Part shown: piece by piece, positions 11,689 through 21,577 of the stretch
Position numbering within the stretch: position 1 is the first letter of the stretch
How the letters are laid out: each line of letters begins with the position of its first letter
From: an uncultured Actinomycetes bacterium
GTDB lineage: Bacteria > Actinomycetota > Acidimicrobiia > IMCC26256 > DASPTH01
Direction: 5' to 3'
DNA length: 64,000 nucleotides
Assembly: GCA_963720765.1 (NCBI GenBank)
Contig: CAVRGS010000001.1
Coordinates: 42,281-106,280 of the forward strand
The notes under the pieces: generated by a model
The model's input: the letters and a program-made list of their open reading frames with translations, nothing else
Database searches by the model: none
What the model was told of the DNA's origin: nothing
Translations under genes and position numbers: made by a program

Positions 11689-13697
11689 GACCACTGGTCG
11701 CCACCTACCGTCTCCAGCTCGGGCCCGACCTCACCTTCGCCGGCGCCGCGGCGCTCGTCCCCTACCTGCGGGACCTCGGTGTGAGCCACCTCTATCTGTC
11801 TCCGGTGCTGCGGGCGCGCCAGGGGTCGACCCACGGTTACGACGTGGTCGATCCTCGTCGGGTGTCCGACGCGCTCGGCGGCGAGTCGGGACTGCGGGAG
11901 CTGGCCCGCGCCGGCGCGGAGGCCGGCTTGGACCTGCTCGTCGACATCGTCCCGAACCACATGGCGGTGTCCGACGAGAATCCCTTCTGGGCCGATCCGG
12001 TGCTCCGAGCGCAGTTCTTCGACCTCGACCCTGACGGTGGTCATCGTCGCTTCTTCGACATCGACGAGCTCGCCGGCGTCCGGGTCGAGGATCCCGAGGT
12101 GTTCGGCGTCACCCATGACAAGATCGCGGAGCTCGTGCACGAGGGCGTGGTCGCAGGGGTTCGAGTCGATCACGTCGACGGTCTCGCTGACCCCGCGGGT
12201 TATCTGCGGCGCGTGCGCGACCTCGGCATCGACCACGTGTGGGTCGAGAAGATCGTCGAGCCCGGCGAGGCGCTGCCGCCGTGGCCGGTGGAGGGCACCA
12301 CCGGCTACGAGTTCCTCGTCGACGTCGATGCGCTCTTCGTCGATCCCGAGGGTCGCGATGCGCTCGACACGACGGTCGCCGGTCGTCGCCCGTTCCGCGA
12401 CGTCGGCGCCGCGGCAAAGGCCGAGCAGGTGCGCACCACCTTCCTCCCCGAGGTGAACAGGTTGCGCAGACTGGCTGACGTCGAAGGGCTCGAGGCGAGC
12501 CTGTCCGCACTTCCCGTCTACCGGACCTACCTCGATCCACAGAGCCGCGCCGGATCGGAGCAGGACGCGCGAGCACTGCTGGCGCTCCCACCGAACGTCA
12601 GCGACGCGCTGCGCGTCCCCTCTGCGACACCGCCGGAGTTCGTGACGCGGTTCCAGCAGACGTCGGGTGCGGTCATGGCCAAGGGCATCGAGGACACCGC
12701 GATGTATCGGGACGTACGGTTGCTCGCGCTGAACGAAGTGGGAGGCGATCCCGACCGGTTCGGCATCGGCGTCGACGAGTTCCACCGGGCGAACCGACTC
12801 CGACTCGCGTCGTGGCCGCGTGCGCTCCTCGCTGCGACTACCCACGACACGAAGCGAAGCGCGGACGTCCGCGCACGCATCGCTGCGCTCGCGACGATGA
12901 CCGACGAATGGCTCGCGGTCGTCGACTGGTGGAGAGGTCGATGTGAAAGGCTGTCGACGACAGCTGGCGGGCTCGACGCCGACGAGCAGCTCTTCGTGCT
13001 CCAGACGCTGGTCGGGGCGTGGCCGCTGTCCCGAGACCGCCTCGACCTGTACCTGGTGAAGGCGTTCCGGGAGGCGAAGCGTCACACGGCGTGGGTCGAC
13101 CCCGACGTCACGTGGGAACGAACCGTGTCGGGCGTGGTGACGGAGGTTCTGGCGGACGCGCGTTTTGCCGAGGTGTTCATCCCGTTCGTCGCGGACGTCA
13201 TCGCTCGCGTGGACCGGATCTCGCTCGGAGCTCTCGTGCTGCGGGCCACCGCCCCCGGCGTCCCTGACATCTACCAGGGTGACGAGCTGTGGAACCACCT
13301 CCTGGTCGACCCCGACAACCGTCGTCCGGTTGACTGGTCACTCCGGCAGGTGCTGCTCGACCACCAGCTGCGGGGCGCGCGCGTGGATCGGTTCACGGCC
13401 AAGCTCTTCACCGTGCGCGTGCTGCTCGCGCTACGAGCGCATCTCGCGGGATTCGCGGATCTCGGGTACGAACCGCTCGACGCACCTGCGGATGTCTGCG
13501 CGTTCGTCCGCGGCAGGCCCCCGGAACCCGAGATCGTGGTCGTCGTCCCGATGCGGCCACACCGCGGGCTCGAGCTCCCCGCCGTGGTCGACGACCGGCC
13601 GCGCGTCGACCTCCTCGAAGCGCTCACCGCGACCTACGGCGCTCGACGCCCAGGCGTGTTCGTCAGCGCGGAGCTCGCCGCCGAGGTTCCGCTCTGA
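11685..13697 (+). CDS. treY: malto-oligosyltrehalose synthase
   Basis: Start at ATG 11685 (MRPLVATYRLQLGPDLTF) overlaps the glgX stop as ATGA. GVSHLYLSPVLRARQGSTHGYDVVDP is the typical TreY N-terminus. Confidence 0.9.
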   Translation: MRPLVATYRLQLGPDLTFAGAAALVPYLRDLGVSHLYLSPVLRARQGSTHGYDVVDPRRVSDALGGESGLRELARAGAEAGLDLLVDIVPNHMAVSDENPFWADPVLRAQFFDLDPDGGHRRFFDIDELAGVRVEDPEVFGVTHDKIAELVHEGVVAGVRVDHVDGLADPAGYLRRVRDLGIDHVWVEKIVEPGEALPPWPVEGTTGYEFLVDVDALFVDPEGRDALDTTVAGRRPFRDVGAAAKAEQVRTTFLPEVNRLRRLADVEGLEASLSALPVYRTYLDPQSRAGSEQDARALLALPPNVSDALRVPSATPPEFVTRFQQTSGAVMAKGIEDTAMYRDVRLLALNEVGGDPDRFGIGVDEFHRANRLRLASWPRALLAATTHDTKRSADVRARIAALATMTDEWLAVVDWWRGRCERLSTTAGGLDADEQLFVLQTLVGAWPLSRDRLDLYLVKAFREAKRHTAWVDPDVTWERTVSGVVTEVLADARFAEVFIPFVADVIARVDRISLGALVLRATAPGVPDIYQGDELWNHLLVDPDNRRPVDWSLRQVLLDHQLRGARVDRFTAKLFTVRVLLALRAHLAGFADLGYEPLDAPADVCAFVRGRPPEPEIVVVVPMRPHRGLELPAVVDDRPRVDLLEALTATYGARRPGVFVSAELAAEVPL

Positions 13698-15232
13698 TCG
13701 GCGCGATTGGGGAGGAACAGCACGACGACCACGACGGCGACCGCAACGACGGCGGCGCCGACCAGGGTTGCGAACTGGATGCCGTCGGTGAACCCGGCGC
13801 GCGCGGCGTCCACGAGCTTCATTCCTGCCGTGCCGCCGACCCGGTGCGCGACCTCCAGTGCACCGCCGATGGACGAACGAGCTGCGTCGCGCGCACCGCC
13901 GGGAATCGGGAGAGCGGCGATCGCCGAGTCGTAGCGGGTGGCCAGCAGGCTCCCGAGCACCGCGACACCGAGCGCGCCGCCGGTCTGACGGGTGGTGTCG
14001 TTCACTGCCGAACCGACGCCGGCACGCTCGCGTGGCACCGACCCCATGATGGAGTCCGTCGCTGGGGCCATGGTCAGACCCATGCCGAATCCGAACACCA
14101 CGAACACGACCTCGAGCCACAGGTCGGCGTCGAGGATCCATGTGCGCGAGAGCAGGACCATGCCGATCGTCGCGATCGACAGCCCGGTGCCGACGACCAC
14201 CTTGGTGCCCATGCGCTCGGCGATCCGGGGTGCGAGCGGCGCACTCACCATGATGCCGATCGCGGGTGCGGCGAGGCGCAACCCGGCTGCGAGCGGGTCG
14301 AGGTCCCGGACGAACTGCAGGTACTGCGTCAGCAGGAATATGTAGCCGAACAGCGCGAAGAACGTGAGGCTCAACGCCACGGAAGCCGCGGAGAAGCGGC
14401 GGTTCCTGAAGAACTCCACGGGCAGCATCGGATGATCGGTGCTCCGCTCGCGCACCACGAACGCGACGAGCAGCACGACGCCGAGCAGCAGCGCGACCAC
14501 GACCTCTGACGACGACCATCCGTTGCGTGGTGCCTCGATGATCCCGTAGAGCAAGGCGGTCATCCCGGTCGTTGCGAGCACCGCGCCGGGGACGTCGAGT
14601 GGCGGTGCTTCGGGGTCCTTGGACGTGGGCACGAACATGATCAAGAGGACGATCGCGATCATGACGATGGGGACGTTGACCAGGAGCACGGAGCCCCACC
14701 AGAAGTGATCGAGGAGGATCCCACCGAGGATCGGGCCGGCGGCGATGCCGAGCCCGGCGAGCGCAGCCCAGATGCCGATCGCGCGCCCGCGCTCGTCGCC
14801 GTCGAAGATGTTGGTGATGATCGAGAGCGTCGTCGGGAAGATCGCGGCCGCCCCCAGGCCCATGAGGGCCCGGAACGCGATCAGCGTCCCGGCACTGGTC
14901 GCGAATGCCGCGAACCCCGATCCCGCTCCGAAGACCACCAATCCGGTGAGCAGCGCCCCCCGCCGACCGTAGCGATCGCCCAGGTTGCCGGCGACGAGCA
15001 ACAGGGAGGCGAACGTCAGCGTGTAGGCGTCGACGGTCCATTGCAGCTCGCTCGCGCTCGCATGCAGGCTCCGCTCGATGGACGGCAACGCCACGTTGAG
15101 GATGGTGTTGTCGAGGATGATGACGATGACACAGAGGCAGATGACGGCGAGCGTGCGCCACCGGTGTGGTGTGCGTGACTTCTGCCGGTCACCGTTCCAC
15201 GGCTCGCGCACCGCGGTCGCGTCGTCGGACAT
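13634..15232 (-). CDS. MFS transporter, DHA2 (EmrB/QacA-like, ~14 TMS) drug/metabolite exporter
   Basis: Hydrophobic ORF with the MFS motif LDNTILNVALPSI and GNLGDRYGRR. Start chosen at MSDDATAV (15232). It lies 32 nt downstream of ackA on the same strand. Confidence 0.8.
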   Translation of the reverse strand: MSDDATAVREPWNGDRQKSRTPHRWRTLAVICLCVIVIILDNTILNVALPSIERSLHASASELQWTVDAYTLTFASLLLVAGNLGDRYGRRGALLTGLVVFGAGSGFAAFATSAGTLIAFRALMGLGAAAIFPTTLSIITNIFDGDERGRAIGIWAALAGLGIAAGPILGGILLDHFWWGSVLLVNVPIVMIAIVLLIMFVPTSKDPEAPPLDVPGAVLATTGMTALLYGIIEAPRNGWSSSEVVVALLLGVVLLVAFVVRERSTDHPMLPVEFFRNRRFSAASVALSLTFFALFGYIFLLTQYLQFVRDLDPLAAGLRLAAPAIGIMVSAPLAPRIAERMGTKVVVGTGLSIATIGMVLLSRTWILDADLWLEVVFVVFGFGMGLTMAPATDSIMGSVPRERAGVGSAVNDTTRQTGGALGVAVLGSLLATRYDSAIAALPIPGGARDAARSSIGGALEVAHRVGGTAGMKLVDAARAGFTDGIQFATLVGAAVVAVAVVVVVLFLPNRADQSGTSAASSALTNTPGRRAP

Positions 15233-15264
15233 CGGGCATTCGTTGTGCCCAGGACGCCGGATCG

Positions 15265-16285
15265 TCAACCCTTCGAGGCGAGGGACCAGACGTGCCGCGC
15301 CATCTCGAGGTCCTCACGCGCGGTGACCACGAACGTGCGCACCGAGGCGCCCGGCGCGGTGAGCTCGGACAGGCCGTCCGACGCGCGTGGCGGTCCCGTC
15401 ATGACCCCCAGCCAGTCCAGCTTCGCGGTCGTGAGCTCGCGGATCTGTGACGATCCCTCTCCCACGCCGCCGGTGAACACGAGCGCATCGATGCCGCCGA
15501 GACCTGCCACGCATGCGCCGACCGCGGTGATGAGCCGGTGCAGGTACACCTCCCGCGAGGAGTGCCGAGGAGTCGTCCTCGTCGCAACGGCGGAGCACCT
15601 CGCGCATGTCGGCGTCACCGCAGAGCCCGAGGAGACCGCTTTCGCGCTCGAGGAGGTGCATGACGTCGTCGGAGCGGTGTGCGAGCCAGAGGACTGCGCC
15701 CGGGTCGAGCGCCCCGGCACGCGTCGCCATGACCAACCCGTCGAGTGGTGTGAACCCCATCGTGGTCATCACGCTGTGACCGTCGTGCACGGCGCAGAGG
15801 GAAGCACCGCCACCGAGGTGAGCGATGACCAGCCGTCGCGCGTCCGGCGCGACTCCGGCCAGCCGGGCGGTGGACCAGCCATGGGAGATCCCGTGGAAGC
15901 CGTACGCTCGGACCTGCGGTCGCCACCGTTCGGGGATGGCGTAGGTGCTCGCCGCCGCGGGGATCGTGGTGTGGAACGAGGTGTCGAACACCGCGTACTG
16001 CTCGAGCTCCGGACGTCGCTCGCGGCACCGAGCGATCAGTTCGAGTGCTGGTGGCTGGTGCAGCGGTGCGAGCTCGGCGAGCGCTCGGAGCTCGACGACG
16101 AGATCGTCATCGATGCGCGCGGGGCCGGGATGGTCGCCGCCGTGAACGACTCGGTGGACGACCACGTCGATGTCGTCTCGTGCCAGCGCGTCGTCGAGCG
16201 ACGCCGGTTCGTGAGTCGTGCTGGACAGGTCGACGACCGAGAGCTTCAGTGAGGTCGATCCGGCGTTGACCGTCAGGGCGCGCAC
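15265..16285 (-). pseudogene. ackA: acetate kinase, reading frame broken once (about 15550-15556)
   Basis: N-terminal 3/4 is in ORF 15314..16285 ([62 protein letters not shown]). The C-terminus (REVYLHRL...DALVFTGGVGE...VVTAREDLEMA) is in the frame of ORF 15265..15720. The switch lies in the gcgggagg context. Confidence 0.75.
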
Positions 16286-16288
16286 GGG

Positions 16289-18724
16289 TCACCCGGTCCA
16301 CGTCCACTCGACGACCTCGGGGATGTCCTCACCGTGCTCGCGTGTCCACTCGCGGCGCGGAGACGGGCGTCCACGAGTTGCTGGCGCAGCGGCGCGGCAC
16401 GGGTGCCGAGGCCGGGGACGCGATCGATGACGTCGATGGCGAGGCGATAGCGGTCGAGATCGTTGAGCATCACCATGTCGAACGGTGTCGTGGTCGTGCC
16501 GTTCTCCTGGAAGCCGTGCACGTGCAGCCCCTCGTGATTGCGCCGCTTGTAGGTGAGGCGGTGCACCAGCCACGGGTACCCGTGGAACGCGAAGATCACC
16601 GGCCGATCGTCGGTGAAGAGGTTGTCGAACTCCTGCGCCGGGAGACCGTGGGGATGGTCGTTGTCGGGGAGCAGACGCATGAGATCGACCACGTTCACCA
16701 CGCGCACCTGGAGCTCGGGAAGTGCCTTCCGCAAGATCGACGCGGCGGCGAGCGTCTCGAGCGTCGGGACGTCGCCGGCGCACGCGAGCACGACGTCGGG
16801 GACGTGCCCGTCGACCTCGGTTCCCGCCCAGTCCCAGATCCCGATGCCACGCGCGCAGTGCGCGAGCGGCGTCGTCACCCGAGAGCCAGTCGAACCCCAG
16901 CTGCTTGCCCGCCACCACCACGTTCACGAGGTGGCGCGACCGAAGGCAGTGGTCGAACGTCGACAGCAGGGTGTTGGCGTCGGGCGGGAGGTACACGCGC
17001 ACGATCTCGGGCTTCTTGTTGAGGACCACGTCGAGGAAGCCCGGGTCCTGGTGGCTGAAGCCGTTGTGGTCCTGGCGCCACACGTGCGACGAGATCAGGT
17101 AGTTGAGGCTTGCGAGCGGGCGCCGCCAGGGCAGGTGGCTGCTCGACTCCAGCCACTTGGCGTGCTGGTTGAACATCGAGTCGATGATGTGGATGAACGC
17201 TTCGTAGCAGGTGAAGACACCGTGGCGGCCGGTGAGGAGATAGCCCTCGAGGAGTCCCTGACAGATGTGCTCGGACAGCACCTCCACCACGCGACCACGC
17301 TCGTCGAGGCGGTCGTCGAACTCGCCGACCTCCAGCTCCCACCGGCGGCCCGTGACGTCGAGAATGTCCTGGAGCCGGTTGCTGGCGAGCTCGTCGGGCG
17401 CGAAGACGAGGAAGTTGTCGGGGTTGCGACTCGTCACGTCGCGCAGCCATCCGCCGAGCACGCGGGTGGGTTCGTGCACGCTCGCGCCCGGCGTGTCGAC
17501 GCGAACCGTGGCGTCGCGCCAGTCGGGGAGGTCGAGTGCCCGCAACACGGCGCCTCCGTTGGCGACCGGGTTCGCGCTCATGCGCCGATCACCCGAGGGT
17601 GGGAGGTCGCGCAGCACCGCGAGGGGCCGGCCGTCTTCGTCGAACAGCTCGTCGGGTCGGTACGAACGCATCCACGCCTCGAGCGTCCGGCGGTGCTCGT
17701 CGTTGTCGCGCGCGATCGGGGAGCGGCACCTGGTGAGCGCGAAAGGTGCCCTCCACCTGCTGGCCGTCCACGACGGGCGGACAGGTCCAGCCCTTCGGCG
17801 TGCGGAGCACGATCATCGGCCATGGGGCATGATCGGTCCGGGTCGCCAACCGGTCGAGGCAGCTGTCGAGAGCGGCCGCCAGCTGCTGGTGGACGAGGGA
17901 GGGATCGTCACCGGCCACGACGTGTGGGGCGTACCCGTAGCCGCGCAACAACGACAGCAGCTGCTCCTCGGGGACGCGCGCCAGCAGCGTGGGGTTGGCG
18001 ATCTTGTACTGGTTCAGCGCAAGCACCGGGAGCACTGCTCCGTCGCGCTCGGCGATCGAGGAACTTGGCGCAATGCCAACTCGTCGCCAGCGGGCCGGTC
18101 TCGGCTTCGCCGTCGCCCACGACGCAGAACGCGACGAGATCCGGCCGATCGATCACCGCGCCGAACGTGTGGAGCAGCGAGTATCCGAGCTCACCACCCT
18201 CGTGGAAGGAGCCGGGCGTCTCGGGTGCACAGTGACTGGGCACTCCTCCGGGGAACGAGAAGCGGCGCATCAGCGTCGCCATCCCGCGTTCGTCGCGCGT
18301 CAGGTCGTCGCCGACCTCGGCCATGGTGCCCTCGAGCCACGCGCACGCGTTCGGCCCCGGTCCGCCGTGCCCGGGGCCAGCCACGAACACCGCGTCGAGG
18401 TCACGCGCCACGATCACGCGGTTGGCGTGCGCGTACACGAGGTTGAGACCCGGGACGGTGCCGAAGTGGCCGAGCAGGCGCGGCTTCACGTGCTCGGCGC
18501 GCAACGGCTCGCGCAGGAGCGGGTTCGCGGTCAGGTAGATCTGCCCGACGGCGAGATAGTTCGCGGCGCGCCACCACGCGTCGAGACGCGTCGAATTCTT
18601 CGACGTCGAGTGGACCCGGCGTGTGGCGTAGCACGTACGGGCTGGGGGCGACGGTTGGCCCGGTGCCACCGCCGTCGACGTCATCGGCGCTGGTGTCGCC
18701 GGCCATCCGGGCGAACTGCGTCAC
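16289..18724 (-). pseudogene. xfp: xylulose-5-P/fructose-6-P phosphoketolase, reading frame broken about five times
   Basis: Conserved Xfp segments are spread over frames. Segment 1 (18401..18724 frame): MAGDTS...PLDVEEF. Segment 2 (17908..18684): [18 protein letters not shown]...[15 protein letters not shown]. Segment 3 (17589..18035): [17 protein letters not shown]...[10 protein letters not shown]. Segment 4 (16289..17671): [22 protein letters not shown]...VVAGKQ. Segment 5 (16273..16878): [14 protein letters not shown]...[15 protein letters not shown]. Segment 6 (end of 16289.. frame): [21 protein letters not shown] stop. Confidence 0.8.
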
Positions 18725-18820
18725 TCGACGAGGCTAACCCCCGTTGCGCGTCGCCAAACGCGCCCGCCTGAGGGTTGAGCCGGGGCGTGACGAGGAAGGC
18801 TCCCCCGACGGACGTCAACG

Positions 18821-18826
18821 AGGAGG
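18821..18826 (+). promoter_or_regulatory. Shine-Dalgarno-like AGGAGG 7 nt upstream of ATG 18834
   Basis: aggaggtgcgggcATG read directly from the sequence. Confidence 0.5.
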
Positions 18827-18833
18827 TGCGGGC

Positions 18834-19265
18834 ATGTCGACCACCAAGCAGAAGCGAGCGGCCCGCAAGAACATCAAGGAGGCGCAGTCCGCCGCGCGGA
18901 AGGGCTCGAAGGGAGCCAAGTCCGGGTCCTCCGCGCTCAGCACCGCGGCGAAGAACCGTGTCGCGCGCAAGGATTTCGCGTTCCCCGACGAGCGCAAGGA
19001 GCCGCTGGTCGACGCCAAGCACGTGCGCAACGCGATCGCTCGCTTCGACCAGGTCGAGGGCGTGAGCGATTCCGAGCGCGACAAGGCATGGAAGCGGATC
19101 CGCAAGGCGGCGAAGCGCTTCGACGTGGAAGTCACGGAGAAGTCGTGGCACGAGCTGTTCGAGGGTGGGAAGGCGACGAAGAAGTCGGCGAAGAAGAAGA
19201 AGCAGGCGACACCGAAAGCGCACCAGCGGCGTTGGGGCGGGCGCGGCGGAGCCCCGACCATGTGA
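18834..19265 (+). CDS. lysine-rich conserved hypothetical protein (DUF6582-like core motif)
   Basis: Start chosen at MSTTKQKRAARKN, behind a strong RBS. Core FAFPDERKEPLVDAKHVRNAIARFDQVEGVSDSERDKAWKRIRKAAKRFDVEV, flanked by basic K/A/S-rich tails. Confidence 0.6.
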   Translation: MSTTKQKRAARKNIKEAQSAARKGSKGAKSGSSALSTAAKNRVARKDFAFPDERKEPLVDAKHVRNAIARFDQVEGVSDSERDKAWKRIRKAAKRFDVEVTEKSWHELFEGGKATKKSAKKKKQATPKAHQRRWGGRGGAPTM

Positions 19266-19288
19266 CGCATTGGCGGCGGTCGGGGCTC
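19249..19288 (+). terminator. putative intrinsic terminator hairpin spanning the stop codon
   Basis: Perfect 11-bp inverted repeat GAGCCCCGACC (19249-19259) / GGTCGGGGCTC (19278-19288), followed by the T-rich tract tgctctgttcgtgttgttgttgttgttgttgg. Confidence 0.45.
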
Positions 19289-19300
19289 TGCTCTGTTCGT

Positions 19301-19318
19301 GTTGTTGTTGTTGTTGTT
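19301..19318. repeat. (GTT)6 trinucleotide microsatellite in an intergenic region
   Basis: gttgttgttgttgttgtt read directly. It lies in the ~320-bp non-coding gap 19266-19585. Confidence 0.9.
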
Positions 19319-19585
19319 GGTCCCCGGCTCCGTTGGAGTCCAGCGCCGATCAGAGTCTGCCGTTCGAGTGTGCGTTTTTCGTGTCGGCCACGCGCGTGTT
19401 TCGCGAACGACGCAAACGCGCGGTAGGTGCGCTGGTGCGCAGCGACCCACGAGCCGTCGCCCGGCGACCCCATCGACCGTGCGTGCGACATCGCGGGATC
19501 GCCGTCGGAAGCTGGTGGCCACGGACCACCGCCGGCGCCGCACGACGACGCGAAACGAGGAATTGGCGGGTGGACGTTCCCGGCG

Positions 19586-20602
19586 TCAGGAGTGCGAGGT
19601 GGTCGAGCGTTCGCCGAAGTCGTGGTCGCTCCGAACGACGATCACGGACTTGCCGCGAGCGGCGCCGGCTTCCATCGCGCGGAGTGCGCGTACCGTGTCT
19701 TCGAGGTCGAACCGCGCTCCGATCGATGCCACCACGTCTCCGAACTCGATGTGCTCGGCGAGGCGCTCCATGAAGGAGTGGTGTTCCTTGCTCAGGAACG
19801 TCGTGAGCCGCTGACTGACGAAGGGCGAGAGCAGGACGGCCTTCGCCTGGCGGCCCATGCCGCCGGTCCAGCGGTCGCCGCCCTCGCCACCGACGACCAC
19901 GAGGGTGCCCGTTCGCGTCAAGGCCTTGCGAAGCTCGGAGATCGGGTTGCGTCCGCCGATGTCGAGGATGAGGTCGTACCTGCGGTCGCCGTCGAGGAAG
20001 ATCTCGCGCGTGTAGTCGATCACGTGGTCGGCGCCGAGCTCACGCACCAGGTCGAGCTTCGCGGTGCTCGCCACGCCGGTGACCTCGGCGCCGAGGGCTT
20101 TGGCCAGCTGCACCGCGTAGGTGCCGACGCCTCCGGAGGCGCCGACGACGAGGACGTGCTGCTCGGGCTGGAGCTGGCCGACATCGGTCAGCGCTTGCAA
20201 GGCGGTGCCGCCGGAGACGGCCAACACCGCCGCCTGCTCGAACGTTGCCCGGCGCGGCTTCGGTGCGAGCGTGTCGGCGTTCGCCGCGGCGTACTCCGCG
20301 AAGGATCCCGACGCCACGCCGAAGACCTCGTCCCCGACGGCGAACCGACTGACCGAGTCGCCGACGGCGACGACACGGCCCGAGACCTCGAGGCCGAGGA
20401 TCGGCTGCTTCGGCTTGCGAAGTCCGAACCCGGCGACGCGGAGCAGGTACGGCAAGCCCGTCATGAGGTGCCACGTCCCGCGATCGAGACCCGCTGCGTA
20501 CACCTCGAGCAAGACCTGCTCGGTGCCGATGGTCGGGCGCGCCACGGTCCGGACCTGGACGTCGTCGACCGGGCCGTAGGATCGTCGAAGCACGGCGCGC
20601 AT
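19586..20602 (-). CDS. NADPH:quinone oxidoreductase-like medium-chain dehydrogenase/reductase
   Basis: MRAVLRRSYGPVDDVQV...GLDRGTWHLMTG...VLVVGASGGVGTYAVQLAKALGAEVTGV is a typical MDR/QOR fold. An alternative start is at 20689. Confidence 0.8.
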   Translation of the reverse strand: MRAVLRRSYGPVDDVQVRTVARPTIGTEQVLLEVYAAGLDRGTWHLMTGLPYLLRVAGFGLRKPKQPILGLEVSGRVVAVGDSVSRFAVGDEVFGVASGSFAEYAAANADTLAPKPRRATFEQAAVLAVSGGTALQALTDVGQLQPEQHVLVVGASGGVGTYAVQLAKALGAEVTGVASTAKLDLVRELGADHVIDYTREIFLDGDRRYDLILDIGGRNPISELRKALTRTGTLVVVGGEGGDRWTGGMGRQAKAVLLSPFVSQRLTTFLSKEHHSFMERLAEHIEFGDVVASIGARFDLEDTVRALRAMEAGAARGKSVIVVRSDHDFGERSTTSHS

Positions 20603-20846
20603 CCACGTGGTGGTGCTCGGCGCGTCCGGGATGCGTCCGCCTCGAGTCGGGCGCGGTTGCGTGTCGTGCGACTGATCTGGTCGATTCATGCTGCCCTCGG
20701 CGGAGATGAGGCGGGGACGTCGTGCCGCGTCACGAGCAGGCGCTGGCCGCCCGTCAAACTCCTCCGTTCGCTTGACGATCGGTTGCGCATCAGGTTGCAA
20801 TCTCGCGGCAGTTCGTGGCCCACGCCCGAGTGGCTACGTTGGCTAC

Positions 20847-21107
20847 ATGAGATGGACCGTGATCGCGACGTTCGACGTGCCCAATCTGGTCCCGGGCCAG
20901 GGCGCGATCGAAGACAGCGCGCTCGGTATGAGCGCGGTGTTGGAATCGAACCGTGGCGGGGTTCAGCGTGAGGTCACGCTGACCGTCGACGCGGCTGACG
21001 AATCAGCAGCACGGCGCGTCGCCGAGGAGCAGCTCACCAGCGGGCTCGGCGCCGAGCTCTCCGGCGTCCCTCAACTCGAATCGATACGCGTCGAACCGAC
21101 TGAATAG
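20847..21107 (+). CDS. small hypothetical protein (86 aa)
   Basis: ORF from ATG MRWTVIATFDVPNL. No recognisable family. Called only from the open frame and plausible composition. Confidence 0.3.
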   Translation: MRWTVIATFDVPNLVPGQGAIEDSALGMSAVLESNRGGVQREVTLTVDAADESAARRVAEEQLTSGLGAELSGVPQLESIRVEPTE

Positions 21108-21129
21108 CCGGGCGCGGATGGCCCGCCGC

Positions 21130-21519
21130 TCATGCGACGGCCGCCGCATCCCCGAAGAAGCCGACCGCGGTCTCGATCCGACCGTCAGGAGCGAAGGTGA
21201 CGACGTCGATCCCGGCGACCGCGACCGTGCCGTCGGGGCCGCTGACGCTCCAGCCGAAGCGGGCATGGGTGTGATGGGCATCGACGACCGTCGTGCGCGT
21301 CAGCGAATGACCGGGCATCTGGTCCCGCAGGGTGCCGATGGCCGCGGCGATCTGCTCGGGCCCTTGGGCGTCGATCAGCGGGTCGACCAGACGGCCGTCG
21401 TCGGCCCAGAGCGTGCGCGCCTGCTCCGAGCGGATGGCGTCGTCGGCCTCGTTGAACAGCACGACATAGCGGTCGATGGTGGATTCGGGCATGGTGGTGG
21501 TGTCGTTGTTGGTCTCCAT
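21130..21519 (-). CDS. SnoaL-like / NTF2-fold protein
   Basis: 129 aa. RYVVLFNEAD...LWADDGRLVDPL...GIDVVTFAPDGRIETAVGFF pattern, typical of SnoaL-like polyketide-cyclase-fold proteins. Confidence 0.65.
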   Translation of the reverse strand: METNNDTTTMPESTIDRYVVLFNEADDAIRSEQARTLWADDGRLVDPLIDAQGPEQIAAAIGTLRDQMPGHSLTRTTVVDAHHTHARFGWSVSGPDGTVAVAGIDVVTFAPDGRIETAVGFFGDAAAVA

Positions 21520-21577
21520 GCCACGTATCGTGGACGACCGCGAGTCCGTCGGCGATTCCCTGTGAGGTCATCGTCGT

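Noticed and set aside
19320-19585. Possible tRNA or small RNA in the 320-bp gap (a gttcgagt string resembling a T-loop near 19360)
   Set aside because: I could not build an acceptor or T stem around it, and no cloverleaf is evident. I left it as unexplained non-coding sequence rather than calling an RNA gene.
20771-20800. TTGACG hexamer and GGTTGC direct repeat upstream of the small ORF at 20847 as a promoter
   Set aside because: No convincing -10 (TAnnnT) at appropriate spacing, and the downstream ORF is itself doubtful.
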